From Octopus sinensis (taxonomy: Eukaryota), in contig NC_043002.1 in NCBI RefSeq assembly GCF_006345805.1, positions 36,208,001-36,272,000 of the forward strand: a stretch of 64,000 nt of DNA. The letters run 5' to 3'. The notes under the pieces are model-generated. The model searched no databases. It was not told where the DNA came from and saw only the letters and a program-made list of their open reading frames with translations. Shown piece by piece: positions 1 through 12,963 of this stretch (within the stretch, counting starts at the first letter, position 1; the number at the start of each line of letters is the position of its first letter). The position numbers were made by a program, and so were the translations under genes.

Positions 1-59
1 TCCTTTCAGGAAAATGGCCCAGTTTGAAATATAGAAATGGTGTAGATAATAATTTCATA

Positions 60-680
60 TGGTGTATCCAATGTAAACATTAAGAAGACACAAAAACCAG
101 ATTTTTCTCAAATGCCTATGAGGATCCTTAGAGGTATTAGGCAATTTATGTTATTTAGGTGACAATTAGCAGTGAAGGAGGGTGTTCTGAAAGTGTAGTT
201 GCTAAGATACGAACTGGCCAGAGAAAGTTCAGAGCAGTTACCTCTGTTGGTAACAAAAGCCTCTCTCTCAGAATGTAAGGCAGATTGTATGATGAATTAT
301 AAACAGCAATGCCATATGGTAGTGAAGTGTGAGCCGTGAGTGTAGAAGACAGGCAAAAAAACCTAAAAAAACTAAATAGAAATAAAGCTAGCATGCTCTA
401 CTGGATGTGCAGTGCCAGTGTGCATGTACAACAGTGCAAAACATGTTAAGGAAAATGTCATCAGATGTAGTATGCTACAGAGAAGACTACACTAATATGG
501 TCATATGATACGTATGTATAAAGAAGTGCTGATCACTAAATGTAGAAAGAATTCGTGGAAGAGGGAGACCCAGGAAGATGTAGAATCTGACCTCAGGTTG
601 TTGAGGCTCATGAAGGAAATGACAACGACCAAAATGAAAGGTGGTTTGTTGTGCTCCCAAAAGCATATTGTTAATGTCTA
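60..680 (+). mobile_element. Degenerate RTE-clade LINE, 3' part of the RT ORF
   Basis: Broken frames read like the RTE C-terminus (GGCSESVVA.IRTG..KFR..., AM.YGSE.WAVS.ED, ASML.WMCSAS); multiple stops and frameshifts; boundaries approximate. Confidence 0.7.
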
Positions 681-2276
681 CGCCCCCACACTTAATCTGT
701 ACCTGTCAGGACTTCCCAGAAACACAGCTTTGAAATTTCCATCCCTCCCTCACATATATAACTAGAACGCTATTTCTTAGCTACTGTAATTATATGAGAA
801 CAGAACTGCTCATATTTCTCTCGACTTTTTATTTGACCAGGTAAAAATAACATTCAAATTCCCTACATTGACACTCTATCATCTTAGAAAATGACACTTT
901 GGTTAATGTAGCCTTAAATTCCCTGAATATGAGAGGACGACAAAACGTTTATGGCTGGAATAGTTTTGATCATAAATCTGCTCAATAAGCTCCTACTTGG
1001 GGCTAAACAACAATAATTAAAATAAAATTAACATTTGATATGAAGATTATCTAAACACTTCACCTGCTAGTTTGTGCTACTAAATGTCAGCAAGTTCTCA
1101 TGAAAAAAGCAAGGCTTCTCAGAAACGAAACGCTACTATGTAATTAAGGATCTAAAATTGTAAACTTGCCCCTGCCAATTGGCGCATAACAGCATATAAC
1201 TGAGGCCTCTCTCCAACATAAAAAAAAAAAGATATGAGGTCCATTGCGCACATCATGTTTAGTCTGCCACATTTCTTTGAAACCTTTACTCTACCTGTGT
1301 TTAAAACCCGCCCCTTTCACTAACTATTTGAACGATATCTAGCTTTTCCTATCCAGACAAAGAGAGACTTGGAAACTCAATGGACACTGATCTTCTTTTA
1401 ACTATGGAATAAACAAAACTGTACAAAAATACATTAACTTATTTTAATCATAAACCTAAACATCATCAAAGGAGGACGTACACCTCATCGCTAGGTGGGA
1501 GCAGGTGATGGAAAGCAACAAGGAAAAAAATCCTGCAATAGCTGATGGTTATTTTTTTAGATGTGCTTGATATATATATATTTACTTCCCAATAATCAGT
1601 AAAAAAAAATATCCCGAGTAAGTTATCAGCTTTCAGTTAAAACGTTAGAATTCGTCGATACTTTCGTAATATATTCGATTAAATATATTCATATGACCTT
1701 TAGTTTCTTCCCCTTTCGAAAGTGTCAAGTTTATCTCTTGTTGAACATGTGAAATGACGTAGTGCTGCAGAAAGTCAGCGACAGGATTTCGAATAAGAAA
1801 AGAGACTTGTTCAAGTGTTTTCATGACAAAAGGACAGTATTCTAATACTGATAATTAACAAATAAAATCCAAATAGCTAACTTGAAACTAGCCTAATCTA
1901 AAAACTTGAAGCTATGCAGTTTTACTGAATGACAAGAGGTCACGTAAAACGATATGTGACATGGAATATGAATGGATTTTAAACAAAGATAATTCAAAAC
2001 AACCGATAAACGCAAAAGCTTATTTGTTTTAGTGAACAAATCATCTAACTTCAAAATAATTACGACATATAAAATGTAATGATATAAACATTAACATATT
2101 TTCTTTAAATCACTGAAACGATCACCCGACATTCTGCATAGATAATTAAGTTGTGCAAAATTCAAAGGAATGTAAAGTATTTATTGAGGCATAGAATAAA
2201 AATTAGAAACAATATCTGAAGTGAAAGCTGCATTGAGTTATTATAAATATCATTAATCTTTAAATAAGCAAAATTA

Positions 2277-2508
2277 TGGACATTTCATATAAACACCAGA
2301 TCTGGCTGTAATAGTCGGGCTGTTTAAGTCGTCTTTTAATCAACAGAATGTGGTATGGGTAGACCGAATTATAAGGGACGGAAAGAGAATCACAGTAATT
2401 CTGTCTGTAGCTGTAGTTCAATTCGGTCTCTACCCATTCTGTAGATTAAAAGACGACTTAAACAGCCCGACTATTACAGCCAGATCTAGAGTTTATATGA
2501 AATGTCCA
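2277..2508. mobile_element. MITE (~230 bp) with long terminal inverted repeats and TA TSD (Tc1/mariner-type)
   Basis: tggacatttcatataaac..cagatctggctgtaatagtcgggctgtttaagtcgtcttttaatc is mirrored at the right end; TA at 2275-2276 and 2509-2510. Confidence 0.8.
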
Positions 2509-3448
2509 TATATATATAAGTAAAAAAAGGAGCTTGTATGTAATCGCTCAACATGCTAGAAATAGCAGCCAAAAGTCCCTTAAAGCATACTGTGTCGTCT
2601 TAAAAAAAGAGGCGAGACGACATTGGATAAAGTAGTCCTATGTACGCTGCGTGAAAAAAGACATGATGGTCATGTTTGGAACCCTTGTCACCTCAGATCT
2701 ACTCTATTAAACTGACTTTGTGTATATAATCACTAGATATGCTGATCCCGACCGAAAATCACACAATGTTATCGGAATAAAAACATACACTGGACTATAA
2801 GATAGACAAAACGATCGATTAAACAAAATCGTTAAAAATTAGGATAATACTGAAGAACTTATCAAGATGACAATAGAAAAGTGATGTTTAGTGGGAGGAA
2901 ACAAAGCAATCTATATCATTGAGAAATGACAAATAACAATAATAATAATCTACTGCAATTAGGCCCTCAAATTAAGTGCTGTTAAACCATCTTTAAGAAA
3001 TTGGGTGAAATATGACGATCAGGAGATTAGAAACAAAAACGTAATAGCAAAATATATAGTTTTATTTAATGCATCTATTAGAAAACACGACGTATAAACA
3101 TATATGTGAACTACCTATCTATCTACACACGCACATATATATATACGCATGTATGTGTATACATACATACATACATACATACATACATACATACATACAC
3201 ACATATATTTATTATATTAGTAATGTGCAAATGCTATATTCCAACAAAAAAGAAATGTTCGCTATAAATTAATGTCTTATGAAGGATATCAACTGACAGG
3301 AGTAAAGGTGAGGTGTGTAATCACAGTTACCGGCACTATGAAACTATAAAAAAATACAATGCACGATGAGACAAAATAAAGTACTGTAAATTTATATCTA
3401 CGAATATAAATGTCAATTTTCAATGAAAAAGAAATCGCAAAAACTCAC

Positions 3449-3530
3449 CGAAGATACTGATCAAAACTAGGTGCTAACGTAGATATTACATGCCGGATTT
3501 GGCAGCCATTTTGCGGTATGGACTTATTGG
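3449..3530 (-). promoter_or_regulatory. Probable 5' exon/promoter of a gene running left (minus strand)
   Basis: Minus strand reads caaaATGGCTGCC (YY1/initiator-like) and ends at a consensus donor CG|GTGAGT (GT at 3448-3447); locally more CpG-rich. Downstream exons not identified. Confidence 0.35.
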
Positions 3531-4012
3531 CAGAAGCTGAGCAGAATTGTCAACCATTATTTCACAGAGTCGTTAGCTGTATCTACTTAGAACCCACTAA
3601 ACTTCTAATAATGTCTAAGTGCCTTCACGAAATATTTTGAATATATTAACACTTAGTAGGCTGACTTCGGATCTACAATCAGGAAGTTTATATTCATAAT
3701 ATGCTCCAATATATATATATATTTAAAATGTTGATTCTTTACCTTTTGACGTACAGATTTAAAAAATAATTTTTTGTAACTAAACACTTTCAAACTTCGG
3801 ACACTGGTAGAATGTGTCATATAAAACATGTTTTACTCTTAGCATTTTTGAGAAAAACTTATATTTACAAAGTAATTTCACGTTAAAGTAGGCATATTTC
3901 AGTCATTTCAACCAATCAATGACGTGTATTCAGCTGAATAAAATTACTACCATTCTTTGTCAACAAGAACTTCTGACGGTGTATTTTTCGTTTGTCACTG
4001 TTATTTATGACA

Positions 4013-4150
4013 ACCCTAACCCTAAAACCTTAACCCTAACCCTAACCCTAAAACCTACCCCTAAAACCCTAACCCTAAAACCCTACCCTCAAAACCTACC
4101 CCTAAAACCCTAACCCTAACCGTAAAACCCTAACCCTAAAACCCTAGCCC
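4013..4150. repeat. Degenerate telomere-like (CCCTAA/CCCTAAAA)n tract
   Basis: Direct reading: ccctaaccctaaaaccttaaccctaaccctaaccctaaaacc... Confidence 0.9.
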
Positions 4151-4154
4151 TGAC

Positions 4155-4425
4155 TGAGGGTGGTCGTGAAGATCTATTCATTTCCCCAGTCACCCCAGAA
4201 AGCCATTAAAAAAACATTCCCTTCATGTTCCGCCAGACGCAATTTCCGGTGAAGCCTTGCTTTGCAATGTCAATTAACAAATCACAGGGACAGACACTCT
4301 CAGTTACAGGAATACATTTGGACAAGCCCGGCTTTTCGCATGGGCAACTTTATGTTGCCTGTTCCCGTGTTGGAAGTAAAACCCGCAATATTGTTTACAA
4401 TGAGATTTTGGATAAGCATTTGTAA
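4155..4425 (+). pseudogene. Helitron/PIF1-type helicase C-terminal fragment
   Basis: ORF 4225-4425 QFPVKPCFAMSINKSQGQTL...FSHGQLYVACSRV contains SF1B helicase motifs V/VI typical of Helitron RepHel. Confidence 0.85.
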
Positions 4426-4974
4426 ATGCATTGGTATCCTCAACGGAAACAATTCTCACTTTGTCAGATGTTTATTGAGTTAGATTAAAGGGCTAGGTCT
4501 CTTTTTGTGAAGGCTGTCGGTAAGTTTTATTAAGTTTCGCCAATGCGAATCTCCAAAGCTACATTCTTCAATGCTCCTTAATCCAATGCAGTCATCCTCC
4601 TCTGAAACAAACCCGCCATGCACATCTCCACAGCCAAAATAAACTGAAACACTAAAACCAAACGAAAATACTTTAACAAATAAAAGAAACTGAAATGCTA
4701 AAAGCAAACGAAAATATTTTAATAAACAAAATGAACTGAAATGCTAAAACCAAATGAAAATAATTTAACAAACAAAATAAATTATACACACGTGTATCTC
4801 AAACAAAATATGTCAGAAATAACAGTGACAAACGAAATATACACCACCGGAACTTCTTGTTGACAAATAACAGCAGTAATTGTATTCACCTCAATAGACG
4901 TCAGTGATTGGTTGAAATTACCGAAATACGATAACTTTAACAAATAACTTACAAATTGCAGATTTTTCAAATCA

Positions 4975-5547
4975 ATCAAAAGCAAAATCAAAATCAAATT
5001 CGATGACTGGCATCCGTGCTGGCAGGGTGCAAAAGAGCACCAAGTGAGCTTGATCATTGACAGAGCGGCTAACCGGCTTCCATGCCAGTGGCACTTAAAG
5101 GGCACCATTCGAGCGTGATCATTACCAGCGTCACCTTACTGGCACTTGTGCTCATGCTAGTAGGGTGCCAAGAGCACTGTCTGAGTGTGATCGTTGCCAG
5201 AGCAGCCTACTGGTTTCCGTGCCAGTGGCACGTAAAAGGGCACTATTCGAGCATGATCATTACCAAAGTCGCCTTACTGGCACCTTTACTGGTGGCATGT
5301 GTAAAAGGATTCGAGCGAGGTCATTGCCAGTATCGCCTGACTGGCCCCCATGCCGGTGGCACGTAAAAAGCACCCACTACACTCTTGGAGTGGTTGGCGT
5401 TAGGAAGGGCATCCAGCTGTAGAAACTCTGCCAGATCAAGATTGGAGCCTGGTGCAACCATCTGGTTTGCCAGCCCTCAGTCAAAATCGTCCAACCCATG
5501 CTAGCATGGAAAGCGGACGTTAAACGATGATGATGATGATGATGACT
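4975..5547 (+). mobile_element. SINE, octopus OK-like family (internal tandem units, RTE-like 3' tail, (GAT)n end)
   Basis: Repeated gccagtggcacgtaaaa units and tail ccaacccatgctagcatggaaagcggacgttaaacgatgatgatg shared with several other copies in the window. Confidence 0.75.
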
Positions 5548-6099
5548 GCCAAGAGTAAACGATGTTTTATGAGACACATTCTACCAATATATGAAGTTTG
5601 AAAGTGTTTAGTTACAAAAAATTATTTTTTAAATCTGTAGGTCAAAAGGTAAAAATCCAAAATGTTTTTTAAATTCAAGAAATTGTAAAACTCTTATTAT
5701 AAAAAAAAAACGAGAAATTGTGATGGGTGTTTACATTAAAATAAAGGTCAAAACAATGAATCTTTTTACTTCAATATCTTCAAAATATATAAAATAAATC
5801 TTCAGTTATTTCACACAAAAGTATGCAGAAACATACTACTTGAAACTTTAGACATTTTCAATCCAATTCCATCTTGATTCATCATTGTATCATTTCTAAG
5901 TTTTCAGTCAAAAATTTTCCTAAGTAAGCAAACAATTTTTCCTCTATAAGAAAATAAAACTTTAATAATTCTTTTATCCACTTCAGCCTGCGATTTTTTT
6001 GAAGACTAAAATACAATTTTCCAATATTACGTTTATACCATTACCATGTAAAATGAAAGAGGTACAACTGTAAATCAAAACTTGGGTGCCTCTGAGAAC

Positions 6100-6920
6100 A
6101 TATTTCAACATTCTGATACTCAAGACACTAATAAAATGTTATTACCATTTATATTATCAGTGTAGTTTCCAGTCTGGAAACTATACAGAAAAGTTTGAAA
6201 ACTAGGTGTTAGGTTGAGCAGGTCAAGCAACTCTGTAGAATCTTATACGTTTACTTGGTCTTTGACTCAAATGAATGATATACATTGAAATGAGTGACAG
6301 TAGCGCATGTGGGAAATATTGAAGATCCTGTTATATTTGTTTATGTTTGTGTTGAAACAACTGCTTAATAGCGCTTCAACGGCAACCAAGTAGGTCTATG
6401 CTAACACCCTGTAAATCAAAGAATAAAAACAGGGAAATTACTTGGGTCCCCATCTGTATGTGGCATAACAGTCAAGTTACGTTTTTGTTTTGTTTTGTTT
6501 TTTATTGAGATTGAAACGTGTCCACAATTGTCATCCATACTTGCCAAATGTAGATTAAATTAGTATTAGTCACTAAGCCATTCAAATGATTGGCATGAAA
6601 CTCCTTGCCAACACATTCCACCCTCTGATCCCCTCTCTACCTTTTCTTTTACTATTAGGTCTTATTCTGATGAGTTGATTCATGAGCCTAGGTATTAGAA
6701 GTCATTCACACAGAGCAGTGCTTCTTGTCATTAGAGATGGATAGTCCAAGAATGGTTCTTACAGTAACTAACTGAAGATCAACCTTGGTAAACCATCAAA
6801 ACTCTATTCAAGAGCTCTTGCACTCACTTCCACAGTTAGATGGCAGGCTGATGTCATCTGCATAGAGTAGGATGGTTAGAACTGCAGCGTAGTTGTCCAG
6901 TACTATTTTGACTTCACTGG
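6100..6920 (-). mobile_element. Old non-LTR retrotransposon RT fragment
   Basis: Minus strand around 6850-6875 encodes LLYADDI (RT catalytic motif); surrounding frames broken. Confidence 0.5.
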
Positions 6921-7610
6921 TTGTAATTTGTCTTGATTTTAAAATTTATCTTAAAATGTTTGGCAATTTTTCTTATTCATATAAAATAGAAAAATGAAAT
7001 AAAGGCCAAAAAATAATGGGTAAATATAAACAACTAACCTCATCTCCCAAAATTATTAGCCTTGTACCGAAATTAGAAACAATACATGTATGTCTTCAAA
7101 TCTACTTTAAGAACATATAACTTAATTTAGTAACATTACCTATGAAAATATATTTTTTTATACCCATTCTTGTTAACTTCTTTCTATTGTAGCTCATGAA
7201 AGTTTCCTTCTCATATTGCATGCATCAATTCAGTTGAAACTATATCTAAAATAGAAGGCTTCAGACTGAGCCCCCTAAGTTCAAGGAGGATAGATGGTTC
7301 TTATGACCTTTGCTGGCCTCATTATACTGTTGTCAGTTAAGCAATATCATCCTGCATTGCATTAGCAAACCACTACAATGTTTTCTAAAAAAGAAGTTTG
7401 TTACTGAATAACTCAAGTGTTTGATCATAATTGGTATAGATTGGTTTATATGTTTGATATTTGATCATCATCATTTTATGTCCATTTTTCCATGTTGGCA
7501 TGGGTTGGCAGAGTCTCAAAAACATCTTGCTGCATCACACCATCTTTTGTAATCTTGCTTAAACAGTAACAGAGAAAAAAAACTCAGCCAGCTCTGTTGT
7601 TGGTATACTC

Positions 7611-8012
7611 TTTACTCTCTTTTACTTGTTTCAGTCATTTGACCGTGGCCATGCTGGAGCACCATCTTTAGTCGAGCAACTCGACCCTGGGACTTATTCT
7701 TTGTAAACCCAGTACTTATTCTATCGGTCTCTTTTGCCGAACCGCTAAGTGACGGGGACATAAACACACTAGCATCGGTTGTCAAGCAATGCTAGAGGGA
7801 CAAACACAGACACACAAACATACATGCACGCATATATATATACATATATACGACGGGTTTCTTTCAGTTTCCATCTACCAAATCCACTCACAAGGCTTTG
7901 GTCGGCCCGAGGCTATAGTAGAAGACACTTGCCCAAGATGCCATGCAGTGGGACTGAACCTGGAACCATGTGGTTGGTAAGCAAGCTACCTACCACACAG
8001 CCACTCCTGCGC
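7611..8012 (-). mobile_element. tRNA-derived SINE (octopus OR-like family)
   Basis: Minus-strand head ggcgcaggagtggctgtgtggta...ggttcagtcccactg has A/B-box-like structure; near-identical copies at 27240-27630 and 48241-48650. Confidence 0.8.
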
Positions 8013-8839
8013 CTATATTATAATTTCACACATGGCTTCTATGGCTTGGTGTCTTTTCCATCATCAACTATTTTACAGGGGAGGGGCATTTTATCATTTC
8101 ACCAGTGTTAAAGGAGTTTTCCTCTATCCTGCATTGTGACTGTTTGTTGCTTTTTTTCACCATGATTTTTAAAGCTGAATGTTCTTCTAAACACAAATCA
8201 CTTTACTGCATAGATTGGGTACATCTTATAATGCTACTGACACTAGAAAAATTATCCTCGATAAAGCTAAAGCATTTCTAGGTTGTCTCCATTTTGTTCC
8301 TTCTGTTTAAGCAAGGATTTTGAAAAATGTGAAAAAAATATAAAGAAATAAAATACATGTACACACATAAATATGAAAGAGGACTTCACTTTCATTTCAT
8401 CCGATTTATTTTTCTATGTAGACTGTGTGATATTTGTATTATCTTTTATTTCATATTTATCTATTTATTTTTTTTGTACAAAGTGAAGAAAGTATCTCAA
8501 TAGAAACATTTTTCTCTGTGTTTACAGTTTCGATACCTATCATCATTATAACCTCTATCATGCAATTGCTCAGACATTACATCTTGTACACTTTAATTAT
8601 ATTCATCTAAAAAAAAAAAAACAATCATCCCTACTTAGTAGTAATCAAGTATCAACTGTGTGGAATATAGTCAAGAATAAAATTAATTTGTCTTTCAATG
8701 CTTTGTAAATGAAATACATAAGTCTCTCAATAAGTATTCTCACAGCAAGATAACATTCCACAAGCTTAAGGATTACCATGTATACATGCATGTTTGTGCA
8801 CTGATATAAATATGCTGCATTGATCATGGCTGTTTTCAT

Positions 8840-9133
8840 TTAGATGGCTGACAATAACCTTTTGCTGTACGATGATCTGCATACAGGACATACCAGTGGA
8901 GCAGAATCTCTCATAAAAGATTCAAATGTCTCTAGGCAGGTTTTATGGAAAATATGGGAACATGACAAAAGCAAAGCTACTCGTTTTGGTGAATTTGAAG
9001 TGTACGGTATTCCAGAAAGATCCTGAGATTTGCACTCCAAATCAAATATAGAGTTTGTTTCAGGAATTGGTCCATTATCAACAGTTATTGAAGTAACACA
9101 AATGGGACAGTCCAAATGTTCACGTTGTAGAGC
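8840..9133 (-). CDS. RNF32: RNF32 coding exon 8 (last; second RING-H2)
   Basis: Acceptor ttacag|GCT, phase 0; ALQREHLDCPIC...LLSCSHIFHKTCLETFESF...CPVCRSSYSKRLLSAI*; resembles the RNF32 C-terminal RING as recalled. Confidence 0.92.
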   Translation of the reverse strand, partial: ALQREHLDCPICVTSITVDNGPIPETNSIFDLECKSQDLSGIPYTSNSPKRVALLLSCSHIFHKTCLETFESFMRDSAPLVCPVCRSSYSKRLLSAI

Positions 9134-9599
9134 CTGTAAAAAAAGAGATTGTTTTTTAAAAAGTAATTTAAACTTATATTCTCTTAGTGATACCTAAGTC
9201 TTAGATGATTTGTTATTAAAAAAATTATAATTGAAAGCCCTATACTTTAAATCACACAAAGCACAAAAATAAATGTCTCAGGCACTTTTAGCAGTATGCT
9301 CTTCAATTTTTCAGTCATTAACTTCATCTTTATAGATTGATTTTAATTACCTTTTCTTAATATTTACATCTACATTACATTTATATTTCTAAGCATCATT
9401 AAGTATCTTATTCTCTGATGTGGTGCTCCAGCATGACCACAGTCCAGTGACTGAAACTAGTAAAGGGATAGTATTAGAATGGATTTGAAATAACAATCTT
9501 TATTAATAAATTAGGAGTCTTATCCACTGATGCATATACTAGTAGTGAAGAAGAGTATTATTACTTTTGGTTTCTTACTTTGGATCTAGTCTGGTATTA

Positions 9600-10230
9600 C
9601 GAGGGTGAGTCAAAAAGTAATGCCATTTTGTTTAGGACAGGCATAATTACCAACACAGGAACATGTATCATACATTAAAATGAAGCTGGTCCTCTGTGGA
9701 TCACATCCCTACTTTTCAACATAGTCACCATTTCTCACAATAGCTATATTCCACTTTGAACGAGAGCTTGTATCCCTGCCCCGTAAAATTCTGTTGGCTG
9801 TTCTTTGAGCCACTTCTTCACAACAGTTTTCACTTCCTCATCACTGGAATAATGTTTGCCTCTCAAACCCTCTTTCATGGGGCCAAAGAGATGATAGTCT
9901 GAAGGCACTAAATCAGGTGAATATGGAGGATGCGGTAAAGTTTTCCACCCAAATGAGACCATTGTCTCTCTTGTCCTGATGCTCGTGTGTGGTTGAGCAT
10001 TGTCATGCAGAAGGAGGACATTGTCAATTGGCAAGTTGGGTCTTACTCATCGGATTCTTGCTCTGAGCCTCATTAGGGTCTCAATATAGGCCTCAGAGTT
10101 TATTGTTTTTCCTTTTGGCAGAAAATTGACCAGAATGACACCTTGAGCATCCCAAAAGACAGACGCCATGATTTTACCAGCTGACTTTTGCATCTTAAAC
10201 TTTTTCAGTGGTGGTGACATAGAGTGACTT
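9600..10230 (-). mobile_element. Mariner (DD34D) transposon, 3' half
   Basis: TA + TIR cgagggtgagtcaaaaag at 9600; ORFs with HDNAQPH, HPPYSPDLVPSDYHLF and SAGKIMASVFWD motifs. Confidence 0.9.
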
Positions 10231-10878
10231 TTGCTAAAGAAAAGCACATGCCATATCAAGAAAATATACAAGGCATACTTCGATTGTTACTTAGGAGACC
10301 AGGATAAGTCATGGGCGCCTCATGTGTGTTGCCTTACATGTGTGAAGACATTGAGTGCCTGGTATCATGATATGGGATGTAACATGTCTCTAAAAGTTCA
10401 TGTGCTTCACTCTCATTTGGATTTTTTTGTGGAAAATCTTGGTAATGTGAGTGATGAACATGGCGAAAGATTCCATCAGGATATTTCAGTGATGGAGCAA
10501 TGATTCAAAGGAAAATGGAACTCTGGTATGTTGGCAGACTACTGCTGGGGTATAAAAAAAGATCACACTCCGCACAAGAGGCTTAGAAGGACAAAAGTTG
10601 TTTAAACTGACAGGTGTGTTTTTAATTCATAGCCAATATATGTTTTATTATACCAACTAAATTTTTGTTTTGTTTTTTGTAACTTTCAGCATTTGCAACG
10701 TTGTGTTCAGTATGCAATATTATGCAGTTTATTATAAAACATATGGTTCATGGTACAGGAAAACGGTGCCTAATCTGGAGAAATAAAGGTCAGAATCAGA
10801 ATCAGGACAATCTTTTGACCCAGAAACAAGTCTTACTTCACTTGTACTTTTTTTGAACCTGAAATTTGTTGCACAGTG
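10231..10878 (+). mobile_element. Internally deleted Chapaev3-like (CMC) DNA transposon fragment
   Basis: YFDCYLGDQDKSWAPHVCCLTC fused to SLKVHVLHSHLDFF.ENLG.VSDEHGERFHQDI; ends ...CACAGTG followed by TAA. Superfamily assignment from recalled motifs. Confidence 0.65.
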
Positions 10879-11914
10879 TAATCAGGCATTCAGCCATATG
10901 CAAACTGTAAGCAAGTGTCTTTCTAAAGGAGACATCTTAAATTTAGAATCTTACTCCCTGGAATGCAATGTTTACCTGAAAATAATTAGTATGGCTTGCT
11001 ACATATGAATAGCATACAGTTGATCTAAACTAAAATTGTCTTGTTACTATTAAATGATATCGAATGTAACCCCACATACTATAAAATATAGTGTAATGGC
11101 ACCTGGATCAAGATATTTGCAATCTGGTCAATCACTAATGTATTACATACAATGCAGTTTCTGAAGAATCCTGAGACTTATTTCTTTTTGTTGTTTTAGT
11201 CATGTTTATTTAACTCTGCTTACATTCTTCAAAGAGATTAAATAAAATATAAGCATTTTACAAATTTAATGCTCCTGGATACATTCCATATTCAATTCAT
11301 TTTAATTAATTAAAATTTTGAAGTTGTGCCCCTTATTTTTTTAAAAATCAAAACTAATCATTTAGATTATGATTGTTCTCACCACTGAGTGTATAATTTT
11401 AATTAATTAAAATGTTTTTAGTTTATTACATCAAATTTTCTACTACCTAACTTTAGCAGAAAGTTGTCACTGACTGAGTTTATAGCGTATCAAGCCACCT
11501 GTCAAAAATGAAATAGAATAAGCTCAACTTATCCATGGACACTATATGGAAAGGTCACTCTCTGCATGACAATAGAGGTAATACAAAGGAGCATCTAGTT
11601 AGGAAGCATCAAATAAATTATTCCATTTGTTATGCAAGTATAACCAATGTTTATTTCATTCAAGTATGAGATAATAAATATTCATTGATTATTTAACACA
11701 ATAAACCAATTCTGGAGGCAAAGGACAATATTATACATTATAGAGCACCACCATGTAATGCAATGATTATCTTTGAAATTCATTTTTCGATACTGTATGC
11801 TTTTATTATTTCAAAATTATTTTCAAAAAGATCTTTCAAAACTTTTCATCTTTCTGAAATTATTCTTCAGGAGAATTTTATGACTTGAAATTATTTTGCT
11901 AATGTTCTACTCAC

Positions 11915-12073
11915 CTTTGATTTGATCTTTTTCCATTCTTCCAAGCCAATCTGGCAGTGATTGAAGGAATTAAACAGTTGACGGTGTGCTGCAATACTCT
12001 GATCCATTTCCTCCAAGAATTCATCAACACCAATATCGTAACTTTTAAGTGTCTTGTCGACAATTTCTTCCAA
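11915..12073 (-). CDS. RNF32: RNF32 coding exon 7
   Basis: ctaatag|TTG ... AAG|gtgagt; 159 bp, phase 0/0; LEEIVDKTLKSYDIGVDEFLEEMDQSIAAHRQLF...EEWKKIKSK. Confidence 0.9.
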
Positions 12074-12225
12074 CTATTAGAAATAGAAAGAATAAATAAC
12101 AGCATGACAGACAGCAGGTCAAAAGAATGACAACCAACTGCGTGAGATGACAAAGTCTACACACATATGCACACTCACACTTCATATGTGTACATGTGTG
12201 TGTGTGTCTGTCTGTTGGTTTGTGT

Positions 12226-12229
<4 letters not shown>

Positions 12230-12292
<63 letters not shown>
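12230..12292. repeat. (TG)n microsatellite in an RNF32 intron
   Basis: Direct reading. Confidence 0.95.
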
Positions 12293-12293
<1 letters not shown>

Positions 12294-12336
12294 ACACGCA
12301 CGCACATATATGTGTGTGTGTATGTTGTGCTACTCA

Positions 12337-12654
<318 letters not shown>

Positions 12655-12963
12655 TCAGCTGTTTTCATAATTGTGCTGACCCTAAAAACAAACTACCTAC
12701 ATTTCATAGCTATTATATTAACGAACCGATTAAATCTAATAATCATTGAAGAATTTAGAGCAGCTTTCTTTCAACTTTATAAACCAGTTGAAGGCAAACT
12801 GAGATTTAAAACAATTTACCATGTATTCTGATGTAGCAGCGCACACCTTTGTAGACCCTCCGACAAGGTAGCCAATGCAGCTGATGTTCAGCTTCAACTT
12901 TTGCATATTGTTGACGAGTGGAAAAATGGGAATAGAAAAATTTTCAGAAGGTGATACACTTTC

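Larger units (their letters stand above)
3733..5658. mobile_element. Non-autonomous Merlin-like DNA transposon with internal cargo
   Basis: Termini gattctttaccttttgac / gtcaaaaggtaaaaatcc are inverted repeats; 8-bp TSD AAAATGTT at 3725-3732 and 5659-5666; arms match other family copies in the window. Confidence 0.8.

Noticed and set aside
4013-4150. True telomere or chromosome-fusion site
   Set aside because: Short, degenerate, single orientation and inside a TSD-bounded transposon.
8840-9115. Stand-alone single-exon RING gene, as the ORF track suggests
   Set aside because: It starts at a TTG within an exon that has a proper acceptor at 9134 and splices in frame to seven upstream RNF32 exons.
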